NCBI GenBank assembly: GCA_965200475.1
Contig: CBDAUL010000010.1
Span: 580,118 to 644,117 of the forward strand
From: Vicinamibacterales bacterium
GTDB lineage: Bacteria > Acidobacteriota > Vicinamibacteria > Vicinamibacterales > UBA8438
DNA length: 64,000 nucleotides
Direction: 5' to 3'
Part shown: positions 54,499 through 63,833 of the stretch, one piece after another
Numbering within the stretch: position 1 is the stretch's first letter
Layout: every line of letters begins with the position of its first letter
Program-made: the position numbers and the translations under genes
The notes under the pieces: model-generated
Databases searched by the model: none
What the model was told of the DNA's origin: nothing
The model's input: the letters and a program-made list of their open reading frames with translations, nothing else

Positions 54499-56258
54499 TG
54501 CTCGCGTCGATCTCGCTGGCGCAACTGCCGCCGGCGGCCGCGCCCCAGGAAGCGGCCGACGTCGGCTGGCCGTCGCACAACTTCGACCTCGGGAACGCCC
54601 GCTTCTCGCCGCTCGACCAGATCGACACGTCCAACGTGGACCGTCTCGCGCCGGCCTGGTCGCTCGACGTCGCCCCCGACACGGTCGGTCAGGAGACGCC
54701 GCTGGTGGTGGACGGCGTGCTGTACTTCAACAACGGAACCAGGCTGTTCGCCGTGGATGCCGGGACCGGCCGCATCCTGTGGACCGTCGAGGCCGAGCTG
54801 CCCGCCCTGCTCACGGCGCGGAACAGGGATGCGGGCGGCACCGGCGGCCGCGGGCCCACGTTCGGCGGAGGCCGCGTCTACGCCACGGTCGGGGCGCTGC
54901 TCTACGCCGTGGACGCGCAGGCGGGCGAGCTGGCGGACTCGTTCGGCCGGCAGGGCGCGGTCTCGATGATCGCCGACGCCCTGGCGCTCAAGTACCCCGA
55001 CTGGTATCCGAGCGGCGTCTACGACCCCAGGACCTTCGGCCACCGCCTGACCGCGCCGCCGCTGCATCACGACGGCAGGGTCTTCGTGGCGACGGCGGGC
55101 AGCGCCAACCTCATCCGCGGCGGCCTGCTGATTGCGCTCGACGCCGCGACCGGGGCGGTCGAGTGGGCGTTCGCGACGATTCCCCAGCGGCCGGCGGACG
55201 AAGGGTGGGAGCTGGCGAAGGATACCTGGGGCTCGGGCGAACGCTGGGGCGGAGGCATCTGGACGCAGCCGGCCGTCGATCCCGGGCTGGGCATGATCTA
55301 CTTCAACGTCGCGAACCCCACGCCCGACTTCTACGGCGCCGAGCGGCCCGGGCTGAACCTCTTCACCAACTCCATCGTCGCCCTGCACCTGGAGACCGGC
55401 GAGCTCGCGTGGCACTTCCAGACGGTTCACCACGACCTGTGGGACTTCGATTTCAGCAACGGGCCGGTCCTGTTCGATCGCACGGTCGACGGCGAACCGG
55501 TGCGCGGCATCGCCTCGTTCGGCAAGCACTGCTACGCGTACTTCCTGCATCGCGCGACGGGGCAGCCGATCAACCCCATCGTCGAGATGCCGGTCCCCAC
55601 GACGACCGACGTCCCCGGGGAACGGCCCTGGCCGACGCAGCCCATCCCGTACACCGCGCACGGCACGCCGCAGCAGCCGCTGTGCAGCGTCTATCCGGTC
55701 CTCGACGATCCGGACGAGGCCGCCCGGGCGCGGCCCCTGTTTCATCCCTACCTGATGAACGAGCGCATCATCCACTCCCCGGGATTCGCCGGCGGCGCGA
55801 CCTGGGGCTCGCCGTCGTTCAGTCCGCGGACGGGCCTCGTGTACGCCCTGGGCAAGAACACGGCGGGCAGCATGCAGGTGCGGGTGGTGCGCGGCGACAG
55901 CCTGGCGCCGGAGCCGACCTCGCCCGGCTTCTGGGAGAGCTTCGAGCCCGCCGGCCAAACGACGATGCGGACCACCTCCACGCTGGCGGCCTACGACCCG
56001 GTGACCGGCGCGCAGGCGTGGCGCGCGGAGCTGCCGATCGGCACGAACACGGGCAACCTCGTGACCGCGGGCGACCTCGTCTTCCAGGGCGCGGGCGGCG
56101 AGTTCCTGGCGTTCGACGCGCGGACCGGCCGCCGGCTCTTCGAGGCGGCGGTGGGGACGGTCACCGGCAGCCCGCTCACCTACGAGGTCAACGGGACGCA
56201 GTACGTCGCGGCGGCCACAGGCTCGACGCTCGTCGCGTTCAGCCTGCCGGCACGCTGA
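54441..56258 (+). CDS. PQQ-dependent dehydrogenase-like beta-propeller; alternative start at 54498
   Basis: WPSHNFDLGNARFSPLDQI, ETPLVVDGVLYF, NLFTNSIVALHLETGELAWHFQTVHHDLWDFD, YVAAATGSTLVAFSLP. Overlaps the RND gene's 3' end by 58 nt if it starts at 54441. Confidence 0.8.
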   Translation: MAAQERFPSRRARRFRLVVMLASISLAQLPPAAAPQEAADVGWPSHNFDLGNARFSPLDQIDTSNVDRLAPAWSLDVAPDTVGQETPLVVDGVLYFNNGTRLFAVDAGTGRILWTVEAELPALLTARNRDAGGTGGRGPTFGGGRVYATVGALLYAVDAQAGELADSFGRQGAVSMIADALALKYPDWYPSGVYDPRTFGHRLTAPPLHHDGRVFVATAGSANLIRGGLLIALDAATGAVEWAFATIPQRPADEGWELAKDTWGSGERWGGGIWTQPAVDPGLGMIYFNVANPTPDFYGAERPGLNLFTNSIVALHLETGELAWHFQTVHHDLWDFDFSNGPVLFDRTVDGEPVRGIASFGKHCYAYFLHRATGQPINPIVEMPVPTTTDVPGERPWPTQPIPYTAHGTPQQPLCSVYPVLDDPDEAARARPLFHPYLMNERIIHSPGFAGGATWGSPSFSPRTGLVYALGKNTAGSMQVRVVRGDSLAPEPTSPGFWESFEPAGQTTMRTTSTLAAYDPVTGAQAWRAELPIGTNTGNLVTAGDLVFQGAGGEFLAFDARTGRRLFEAAVGTVTGSPLTYEVNGTQYVAAATGSTLVAFSLPAR

Positions 56259-56344
56259 CTGACAGGATGGCCGCCTCGAAGGGATGGCCCTTGGCCTGAC
56301 TGGCGACCGGGCGCAATGGAATAGACTGGAACGCAGCAGGGCCG

Positions 56345-56755
56345 TTGGAGAAACGGGGAGCGGTGGGACTGTTCAGCGTCACGTGTCTGCTCGAGAACCA
56401 GCAGGATCGAACCCGGTCGGTTCGGGTGCCCGGCGTGATGGTCGATACCGGCAGCGAGTTGACCTGGGTCAACCGGGAGCACCTCGCGCTGATCGGCATC
56501 GAGCCGGAGAAACGTGACAGGCGGTTCGTACTGGCCAACGGGGAGGAAATCAGCCGGTCGATCGGCTTCGCCGTCATCTGGGTCGGCGAGGAGTTGACCA
56601 CGGACGAAGTCGTGTTCGCGGAACCGGGCGATCTGCAGTTGCTCGGGGCTCGTACGCTGGAGGGCCTGAACATGAAGGTGGACTCGCGCGGCAGGAAGCT
56701 GGTTGCCTCGGGTCCACTCATCGCGGCGGGCAACGTGTCCGGGAGCAGCGACTGA
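56345..56755 (+). CDS. Retropepsin-like (clan AA) aspartyl protease
   Basis: 136 aa. VMVDTGSELTWVN active-site-like motif and LLGARTLEGL. Confidence 0.55.
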   Translation: MEKRGAVGLFSVTCLLENQQDRTRSVRVPGVMVDTGSELTWVNREHLALIGIEPEKRDRRFVLANGEEISRSIGFAVIWVGEELTTDEVVFAEPGDLQLLGARTLEGLNMKVDSRGRKLVASGPLIAAGNVSGSSD

Positions 56756-56797
56756 TGCGTGAACTGCGCATGGAGACGCTCGACGGCGTGCCGGAAT

Positions 56798-56875
56798 TCA
56801 ACTGGCCTCCGGCGGCGGGTTGAAGTCGATCCACACTGCATCCCCTCGAGCGGGAACTCGCCGCCGTGGCGTCAC
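56798..56875 (-). pseudogene. Truncated mazF-like toxin remnant (25 codons)
   Basis: GTG overlaps the mazE stop as GTGA. VTPRRRVPARGDAVWIDFNPPPEAS-stop matches the MazF N-terminus (..P.RGD.VW.DF.P..G.E), then terminates. Confidence 0.45.
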
Positions 56876-57114
56876 CACGCTTCGCCGCCCACCGCGGGGC
56901 CGGTCTCGACCTCGCGATGGAGATTGTCCTCGGTCACGCGGGCGAGGACGTCATCCAGTTCGGCGCCGGGTCGGCTCAGGACCGAGACGACCAACTGCCC
57001 GTCTCGAGGGGTCAGCTCTACCGCCGTGTTCCGGGTAATGCCCACGCTGGCGGCGACGGACTGCGGAATCCTGAGCGCCAGACTGTTCCCCCACTTGCCG
57101 ATACGTGTCTCCAT
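56872..57114 (-). CDS. mazE: MazE/AbrB-type antitoxin
   Basis: METRIGKWGNSLALRIPQSVAASVGI (SpoVT/AbrB swapped hairpin). C-terminus ..EDNLHREVETGPAVGGEAW. Confidence 0.7.
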   Translation of the reverse strand: METRIGKWGNSLALRIPQSVAASVGITRNTAVELTPRDGQLVVSVLSRPGAELDDVLARVTEDNLHREVETGPAVGGEAW

Positions 57115-57272
57115 GCCGGCTCCCGCTCTCACTGTGGGAAGGAAGGATTACGTAGATACAATGTTTATACTCGTGCCCGGCGGCGGGCGTCAAGCCCGCG
57201 CTGACAGCCGGGTGGTCGCTGCTCGTTGCCGTGCGATGCCGCGCAGCGGGCACGAGGTGCATCCTAGTGAGA

Positions 57273-57710
57273 CTACCTGCCCGCGGCCGCCAATGGCGAT
57301 CTCGTAATCCCCGGAGTCGCCGTGTCCACCTCTCTAAGCTGCAATTTACCGGCTCGGTCGTGGGCACGCATCGCCTCGCCATAGCGTAGACGGTAGTCGA
57401 TAAAGATACGTTCCCCTGACTTCAGGGAAATAATGGCTCGAATTGTGAACACGTTTGATGTCCATATTCTCAGGGCACAGTTTGGGTTCGAGATCGTACG
57501 GTCGACTCTATGCATTCGCTCCCTGAAAGAGACAGGAAGCTGGTATGTCGCCGATGCGACGTAAGGCAGATCCATGCCGGCTAGACGAATGTTGACTCTG
57601 TAGAGTGCCCGCCGACTAGACGATTGCCAGTCGTAGTAGACTACCAAGTTCCCGTTGGCATCCATCTCGCCGGCGCTGTCGACGACGCTGATGTTATACT
57701 GCCGTTTCAT
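57273..57710 (-). CDS. Hypothetical protein, possibly prokaryotic YEATS-like (low confidence)
   Basis: 145 aa in a clearly lower-GC patch. YRVNIRLAGMDLPYVASATYQLPVSFRERMHRVDR...FTIRAIISLKSGERIFIDYRL resembles the pYEATS pattern from memory. Confidence 0.3.
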   Translation of the reverse strand: MKRQYNISVVDSAGEMDANGNLVVYYDWQSSSRRALYRVNIRLAGMDLPYVASATYQLPVSFRERMHRVDRTISNPNCALRIWTSNVFTIRAIISLKSGERIFIDYRLRYGEAMRAHDRAGKLQLREVDTATPGITRSPLAAAGR

Positions 57711-58014
57711 GGCTCGTTCTCACGATCCTGGCCGCCGGATCCCGGAGGCGGAGTTGGTTGGATATCGACAGGCGTGGCCGCACCGTTGTAGCCTGTGCGA
57801 ACGTGGCAACTGCCGCGACAGTGACGCTGATGGTCGCAACGGCGATCAAGCACTGGCGAAGCATCGCGAACTCTCTATTAGGTACCCGATCAGTCGCTCG
57901 ATTCGTCCCTTCCGGTGTCGCGCGCCCAAGATTTCATGTTCAGCCAAGTCACGATCATCAACGATGTGGGACGTCATCGGCCTAGGCGGCCGGCGCAGCC
58001 GTCGACCAGGAACT

Positions 58015-58263
58015 TCACCGTGTCTCAACCGAGACCGCAGCCAGTGTGTCGCCGGCGATCACCGCGTGCGCATACGCGATGCAAGCGCGGACATCGTCCT
58101 TTTCAAGCTGCGGGTAGTCGTCCAGGATTTCCTCGGCGCTCACTCCTTGCGCCAGCAGGCTCAGGATCGTCTCCACTGAGAAGCGCATGTTCCGGATGAT
58201 CGGTTTTCCGCCGAAGACGTCCGCTCGTACGGTGATCCGCTTCAGCAGCTCGGAATTGTCCAT
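58015..58263 (-). CDS. DUF433-domain protein (antitoxin-like)
   Basis: MDNSELLKRITVRADVFGGKPIIRNMRFSVETILSLLAQGVSAEEILDDYPQLEKDDVRACIAYA. Confidence 0.65.
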   Translation of the reverse strand: MDNSELLKRITVRADVFGGKPIIRNMRFSVETILSLLAQGVSAEEILDDYPQLEKDDVRACIAYAHAVIAGDTLAAVSVETR

Positions 58264-58345
58264 GTCTCCTGCTCTGTCATCAGTGTGCAGGCTCCCCCGC
58301 ACGCGCGCGCGACGCGGAGCCTTCTCGTAGTGCCCAGGCCCAGAG

Positions 58346-59692
58346 CTACACGGAGAGGCGCTTCAGCGTGCCCGTGCTGTCGCCGAAGCTCTCGACCGGC
58401 GTCCCCAGCATCTCGAGGACGGTCATGTGCAGGTTCGCCAGCGGGGTGCCTTCCGGATACCGCACGTAGCGTCCGCCGGTGATCCCGGTGCGCTTGCCGC
58501 CGATCAGCGCAATCGGCAGGTCCTCGTGGAAGTGGGTGTTGCTGTCGCTGATGCCGGTCCCGTAGAGGAACAGCGTCGAGTCGAGCAGCGTCCCGTCGCC
58601 TTCCGGCGTCGCCGCGAGGCGCTCGACGAGATGGGCGAACTGCCGGAAGTGGTACTCGTTGACCAGGTGCAGCCGCTGCAGGTTGATCGGGCGGTCCTGG
58701 TGGTGCGACAGCGGGTGGTGCGCGTCCGACACGCCAATCTCGGGATAGGCGCGCGAGCTCACCTCGCGGGCCAGCATGAACGTGCTGATCCGCGTCATGT
58801 CCGTCTGGTACGCCAGCGCCAGCAGGTCCATGAGCAGCTTCGCGTGCTCGGCGTAGTCGCTCGGCGTGCCGATGGGGCGGTCGACCACCGGCAGGTCCGT
58901 CTCGCCCTGGCGCTCCGCCAACTGGATTCGCCGCTCGGCGTCGCGCACCGCCGACAGGTACTCGTCGAGCTTGACCTGATCGCCCGGTCCGAGCGACCGG
59001 CCGAGATGCTCGAGCTCGCCGTTGACCGCGTCGAGCAGGCTGCGGTCCCGGCGCATGCGCGCCGTGCGCGCCTCGGGATCGGTCGTGCCGCTCGAGCCGA
59101 ACAGGCGCTCGAACACGGCGCGCGGGTTGTTCTCGATGGGGAGCGGCGTGGTCGGCGTCCGCCACGCGACCGTGTTCGTGTAGGCGCAGCTCGCGCCGCC
59201 GTCGCACGACCCGAGCATCGCGTTCGACTCGATTCCGAGCTCCAGCGACGTGAGCTGGGTCTGCCTGCCCAGCTCGCGGGCAGCCATCTGGTCCACCGAC
59301 ACCGCGGCGTAGACGTCCGCGCCGGCGGTGAGCTTGTAGGGCACGCAGGTCAGGAACGTCCCGGCCGAGCGCGAGTGGTCGCCGCCGCCCTTGACCCTGT
59401 TGGCGGCCTCGTCGTCGAGACCGCCGCACAGGAGGACGTGCTCCCTGAGGTCGTTCAGCGACCGCAGCGTCGGCGGCAGCGCGTCGAGCGGTCCTTCCCG
59501 CTCCGGCGTCCAGAACGGCATCGACATGCCGTTGGGCACGTAGAACACGCCGAACCGCCTGACCGGCGCGGCGGCGGTCCTGCTCAGCGCCGTCAGCGCG
59601 GGCACCATGCTGTCGAGGAAAGGCAGCGCGAGCGTGGTCCCGAGGCCCCGCAACACGGTGCGACGCGGCAAGTGCTTCCTGCTGATGAACAT
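58346..59692 (-). CDS. DUF1552-family protein (Tat-signal-like N-terminus)
   Basis: MFISRKHLPRRTVLRGLGTTLALPFLDSM. The usual partner of DUF1592-type cytochrome proteins. Confidence 0.75.
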   Translation of the reverse strand: MFISRKHLPRRTVLRGLGTTLALPFLDSMVPALTALSRTAAAPVRRFGVFYVPNGMSMPFWTPEREGPLDALPPTLRSLNDLREHVLLCGGLDDEAANRVKGGGDHSRSAGTFLTCVPYKLTAGADVYAAVSVDQMAARELGRQTQLTSLELGIESNAMLGSCDGGASCAYTNTVAWRTPTTPLPIENNPRAVFERLFGSSGTTDPEARTARMRRDRSLLDAVNGELEHLGRSLGPGDQVKLDEYLSAVRDAERRIQLAERQGETDLPVVDRPIGTPSDYAEHAKLLMDLLALAYQTDMTRISTFMLAREVSSRAYPEIGVSDAHHPLSHHQDRPINLQRLHLVNEYHFRQFAHLVERLAATPEGDGTLLDSTLFLYGTGISDSNTHFHEDLPIALIGGKRTGITGGRYVRYPEGTPLANLHMTVLEMLGTPVESFGDSTGTLKRLSV

Positions 59693-59723
59693 GGCAGTAC
59701 CCTCTCCGGCCACTACAAACGGT

Positions 59724-62147
59724 CTAGCGATTATCCCCTCGACGCGGTTCGTTAGCAACGGCCGCCGTGGCGACCACGTTGGCGGCGGCCGGGGCCTGCC
59801 GCATCCGGAACGGCGTGCTGCCGACGATGCCCTCGATCAACGCCGACCAGCGGTAGTCGTTCGCCGCGAGGTCGCGGACCAGGCGCCGCACGGTGGGCGC
59901 GTCCCGGTAGTCGAGGCCGCGGCCGAGCGCGTAGGTCAGCAGCTTCTCGGTCACCGTGCTCACGAACGTCGTGCCCTGCCCGAGCAGCGCCTCGCGGAAC
60001 GCGCGGGGACTGTCGACCGTCCGTCCCTGCCAGTCGATCGTCGCGTTGATCGGCGCGCCGCCGTCCGTCTCGCGCCACTGGCCGATCGCGTCGAAGTGCT
60101 CGAGCGCGAACCCGAGCGGGTCGATCATCGCGTGGCAGCTCGCGCACACCGGATTGCTCCGGTGCTGCTCCATCTTCGCGCGCAGCGAGGTCGGCTCACC
60201 GGCCGGATCGTTCTCCGCGAGCGGAGGCACGTTCGGCGGCGGGGCCGGCGGCGGGGCGCCGAGGATGTTCTCCAGCATCCACTTGCCGCGCAGCACCACC
60301 GACGTGCGGTTGGCGTAGGAAGTGATCGTCAGGATGCTCGCGTGCCCCAGCAGCCCGTGGCGGCGGTCGTCGTCGAGCTCGACGCGGCGGAACCGGCTGC
60401 CGTAGACGCCGTCCACGCCGTAGTGCCCCGCGAGCTGCGCGTTCAGGTAGGTGTAGCCCGCGCGCAGCAGCTCCGGGATCGGCCGGTTCTCCCGCACCTG
60501 GCTCCGGAAGAACAGCTCCGTCTCGGTCACCATGGCCTTGCGGAGCGTGTCGTTGAATTGCGCGAACAGGCCGCCGTCCGGCGACTGCTCGTTGATGTTG
60601 CGCACCTGCAGCCACTGGCCGACGAAGTCGTCCATGAAGCGGACGGCCTTGGGGTCGGCCAGCATCCGCCGGACCTGCCGCTCGAGGACGTCCGGCTCGC
60701 CCAGGCGGCCCTGCGCGGCGACGTCGAGCAGCTCGTCGTCGGGAATGCTGCGCCACAGGAAGAACGAGAGGCGCGCGGCGAGCTCCGGATCCGACAGGCG
60801 GTACGGCTCGCCCGCGGCGACGCCGGCCGGCTGGCGCTCCGCCCGCAGCAGAAACGCCGGCATCGACAGGATGGCCTCGAGCCCGCGCTCGATCCCGGTC
60901 TCGAAGTCGCCCTCGCGGCGGCCCGCCCGGTAGAACGGCAGCAGCACCCCGAGATCGCGCTCCGTCACGGGCCGCCGATACGCGCGGCGGGCCAGCGCGG
61001 CGAGGATCTCGCGCGCGCACGACTCCTCGTCCGCGGCGGCCCCGCCTGCGGGACGGCAGACGAAGATCCGCGCGCGGCTCGGCGTGGCGTCGGGCACCGT
61101 CCCGCCGTAGGGGCCGGCGATGAAGACGCGGTCGATCCCCGGCCGGCCGTACACGCCGTCGACCGGCGACGGATTCGAGTCGGTGAAGGCGACGCTCACC
61201 AGCCGCTGGCCGGCCTCCACCGGGATCCGAAGCTCCATCTCGTGGTCGGCCGTCATCCGGTACTGGTTCGTCCGAATGGCCTCGACGTTGTCGTCGGCGA
61301 TGGTGAGGCCGGGTATCTGGCCGCGGAACCGGCCCCCGATGTTCCAGCGCTTGACGAGGGCGTGGTCGATGCGGAGCTCGACGTCGTGGCCGTCCTCGGC
61401 GATGCCCTGGATGGTGCCGCTCCGCGCCCCGGCGGTGCGCTTCATCCGAATCGTGAAGAGGTACTCGCCGTCGAGCGGGAACACGTGGCGCGCCGCCAGC
61501 CCGCCGTGCGTGCCGAACGGCATGTCCTCGTGCATGCGCGCGTCCTGCACCTCGAAGCCGAGCGAGTAGACGCGGCCGTCCGGGCGGTTGTCCGGGCTGC
61601 CGACTGCCAGGCGGCTGATGGTCGTCGCGGCGGTGATGTAGCGCGCCATCAGCGACGGGGTCATCGCGAGGACCTCGGCGTTGTTGTCGAAGCCGAAGCC
61701 GGCCATGTCGCTGGGCAGCAGCTCCGCGCCGTCCACGCGCAGATCGAGCAGGTCCTCGATGGCGTTGACGTACTCCACCCGGTTCAGCCGCCGCGAGGCG
61801 ACGCGGCCCGGCGCGAGCCGTCCGGCGGCCTCGCGATCGAGCGCCGCCTCGAGCGCCGCGACGAACGTCTCGACGGCGTCACGCCCGGGCCGCGGGCGCC
61901 CCTCGGGCGGCATCTGTCCGGCGCGGAGCTTGCGCACGACCTTCTCGAGGGCCTCGGCGTGCGCGCCCGGCTGCTCGAGGTCGACCCGGTCGAGCATCAG
62001 GTTCGCCGTCTGCAGCCGCTCGTTGTGGCAGGTGACGCAGTAGCGGTCGAGGAGCGCGCGCGACGGCGCCTGGGCCCCGACCTGGGAAACGGTCGCAACG
62101 GCGAGCGCGAGCGCGCAGCCGACGACGCCGGCAGTTCCCTGCAGCAT
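59724..62147 (-). CDS. DUF1592/DUF1588/DUF1585-type protein with N-terminal cytochrome c motif
   Basis: 807 aa. CVTCHNERLQTANLMLD and a second CASCH. Adjacent to the DUF1552 gene. Confidence 0.75.
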   Translation of the reverse strand: MLQGTAGVVGCALALAVATVSQVGAQAPSRALLDRYCVTCHNERLQTANLMLDRVDLEQPGAHAEALEKVVRKLRAGQMPPEGRPRPGRDAVETFVAALEAALDREAAGRLAPGRVASRRLNRVEYVNAIEDLLDLRVDGAELLPSDMAGFGFDNNAEVLAMTPSLMARYITAATTISRLAVGSPDNRPDGRVYSLGFEVQDARMHEDMPFGTHGGLAARHVFPLDGEYLFTIRMKRTAGARSGTIQGIAEDGHDVELRIDHALVKRWNIGGRFRGQIPGLTIADDNVEAIRTNQYRMTADHEMELRIPVEAGQRLVSVAFTDSNPSPVDGVYGRPGIDRVFIAGPYGGTVPDATPSRARIFVCRPAGGAAADEESCAREILAALARRAYRRPVTERDLGVLLPFYRAGRREGDFETGIERGLEAILSMPAFLLRAERQPAGVAAGEPYRLSDPELAARLSFFLWRSIPDDELLDVAAQGRLGEPDVLERQVRRMLADPKAVRFMDDFVGQWLQVRNINEQSPDGGLFAQFNDTLRKAMVTETELFFRSQVRENRPIPELLRAGYTYLNAQLAGHYGVDGVYGSRFRRVELDDDRRHGLLGHASILTITSYANRTSVVLRGKWMLENILGAPPPAPPPNVPPLAENDPAGEPTSLRAKMEQHRSNPVCASCHAMIDPLGFALEHFDAIGQWRETDGGAPINATIDWQGRTVDSPRAFREALLGQGTTFVSTVTEKLLTYALGRGLDYRDAPTVRRLVRDLAANDYRWSALIEGIVGSTPFRMRQAPAAANVVATAAVANEPRRGDNR

Positions 62148-62160
62148 GAGCTCGGCGATC

Positions 62161-63804
62161 TCAGCGGTCTTCCGGACCGCCGACGGTCTCGACGAGCGCC
62201 TCGCGGTCGGCGCGCTCGTGGATCGTGCCCGGTATGCCCAGGCGCGGGTTGGCGCCGAGCTGCTCGAGGAACGCCGCCGTCTCCGGGAAGGCCTGGTACT
62301 GGAACGACTGCTTGGCGCCTTCCGCCATGCGGTAGGCGGTGCGGCCGCGGTAGTCGCGCGCGTCGATGTCCGCGCCCTGCTCGACGAGGTACTGGATCAC
62401 CTCGTTGAGGCCGCGGAACGTGGCGCCGTGCAGCGCCGTGAAGTCCCCGTGGTTCACCGCGTTGACGTCGGCGCCCGCCTCGACCAGCACCCGGACCGCC
62501 TGCTCGGCCGGTGGCGACGGCACGCCGCGCGGCGTGAGCGGCTGATGCGACCGCACGCCGAGCCCGGCCGCCATCATCAGCGGCGTGGTGCCGTCGTCCG
62601 TCGCGAGATTCGGGTCGGCGCCGGCCGCCAGCAGGGCCCGGATGATGTCCGGGCTGCTGTCGTAGCGGTACCGTGACGTCGGACCCTGCGCGCCCTGCAG
62701 GCCGCCCCCGTTGGACGACTTGGCGGCCACCCACAGCGGCGTCGCGCCCCGCACGTCCCCGGTGCCGACCGAGTTCTGCTCGAACACGCCGTAGCGCGTC
62801 GTGCCGATGTAGCTCAGCACGACCGCCGACTTGTCGACCCGCGCGTTCGGGTCGGCGCCGCGGGCGAGGAGCGCCTCGACCAGCGGCAGCCGCCGTTCGG
62901 GGGTGAGCCCGGCGAGACCGCGCCCGCCGGCGTCCACGGCCCGGCGCCCGCCGTGCTCCCGGTACCAGTCCACCAGCCAGGTGCCGACGTCGCCGGCCGC
63001 GGCGTGGAGCGCCGGCACGCCGTCGATCGTGCTGCCGGGGTCGGCCCCCCGCGCGAGCAGGAACCGGGCGAACGGGTCGTGACCGCTGATGATGGCCAGC
63101 GGCAGCGCGTGGGTACCGTCGGACCCCGGCTGATTGACGTCGGCGCCCGCCGCGATCAGGAGGCGCCCCAGCTCGACGTCCCCGTTGCGCGCGGCCAGCA
63201 GCAGCGGCGTGAACCCCTTGCTCGACGACACGCTGACGTCGGCCGCGCTCTCGAGCAGGATGTGTGCGACGGCGGGGTGCGGCGCCTCGACCGCCCACAT
63301 CAGGGCGGTCACGCCCGAGCCGTGCGTCACCGCGTTGACCTCCGCCCCGTGCGCCAGCAGCGCCCGCACCACGTCGCGGCTGCCGCTCCCGGCGGCCAGC
63401 ATGAGCGCCGTGAGGCCGCTGGCCTGCGCCGCGTTGGGGTTCGCGCCCGCCTCGAGCAGGGCCCGGGCGACTTCGACGCCCGCGTTCTCGCTCGCCCGCA
63501 TCAGCGGCGTCACGCCGTGGTCGTCCGCCGCGTTGGGGTCCGCGCCGGCGCGCAGCAGGACCTGCACCGTCTCGACGTCGTCCCAATGCGCCGCCCAGAG
63601 GAGCGCCGTTACGCCGTCGGCGCGCAAGGCGTTGACGTCGGCGCCCTCGTCGAGCAACGCCCGCACCCGCGGCCAGTCCTGGCGTGCGGCAGCGTCGACG
63701 AGGCGCAGGTCGGCGGCCGCGGCGGCGTGCGCAATCGCCGTCGCCTGCAGGAGAACGAGGACGAGGACGATGGCTTGCCCGACGAGGCCGCGAACGATGC
63801 GCAT
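62161..63804 (-). CDS. Secreted ankyrin-repeat protein
   Basis: Start MRIVRGLVGQAIVLVLVLLQATAIAHA. Many repeats of the type GADVNA...G.TALM.AA..G...VV..LL.. Confidence 0.8.
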   Translation of the reverse strand: MRIVRGLVGQAIVLVLVLLQATAIAHAAAAADLRLVDAAARQDWPRVRALLDEGADVNALRADGVTALLWAAHWDDVETVQVLLRAGADPNAADDHGVTPLMRASENAGVEVARALLEAGANPNAAQASGLTALMLAAGSGSRDVVRALLAHGAEVNAVTHGSGVTALMWAVEAPHPAVAHILLESAADVSVSSSKGFTPLLLAARNGDVELGRLLIAAGADVNQPGSDGTHALPLAIISGHDPFARFLLARGADPGSTIDGVPALHAAAGDVGTWLVDWYREHGGRRAVDAGGRGLAGLTPERRLPLVEALLARGADPNARVDKSAVVLSYIGTTRYGVFEQNSVGTGDVRGATPLWVAAKSSNGGGLQGAQGPTSRYRYDSSPDIIRALLAAGADPNLATDDGTTPLMMAAGLGVRSHQPLTPRGVPSPPAEQAVRVLVEAGADVNAVNHGDFTALHGATFRGLNEVIQYLVEQGADIDARDYRGRTAYRMAEGAKQSFQYQAFPETAAFLEQLGANPRLGIPGTIHERADREALVETVGGPEDR

Positions 63805-63833
63805 GGCGGGACCTCCTCCTGTCAGCGGTCCGG

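Noticed and set aside
57846-58028. DUF5615/PIN-like toxin partner of the DUF433 gene.
   Set aside because: The position and overlap are right, but the sequence resemblance is too weak to call a feature. It is mentioned only within a finding.
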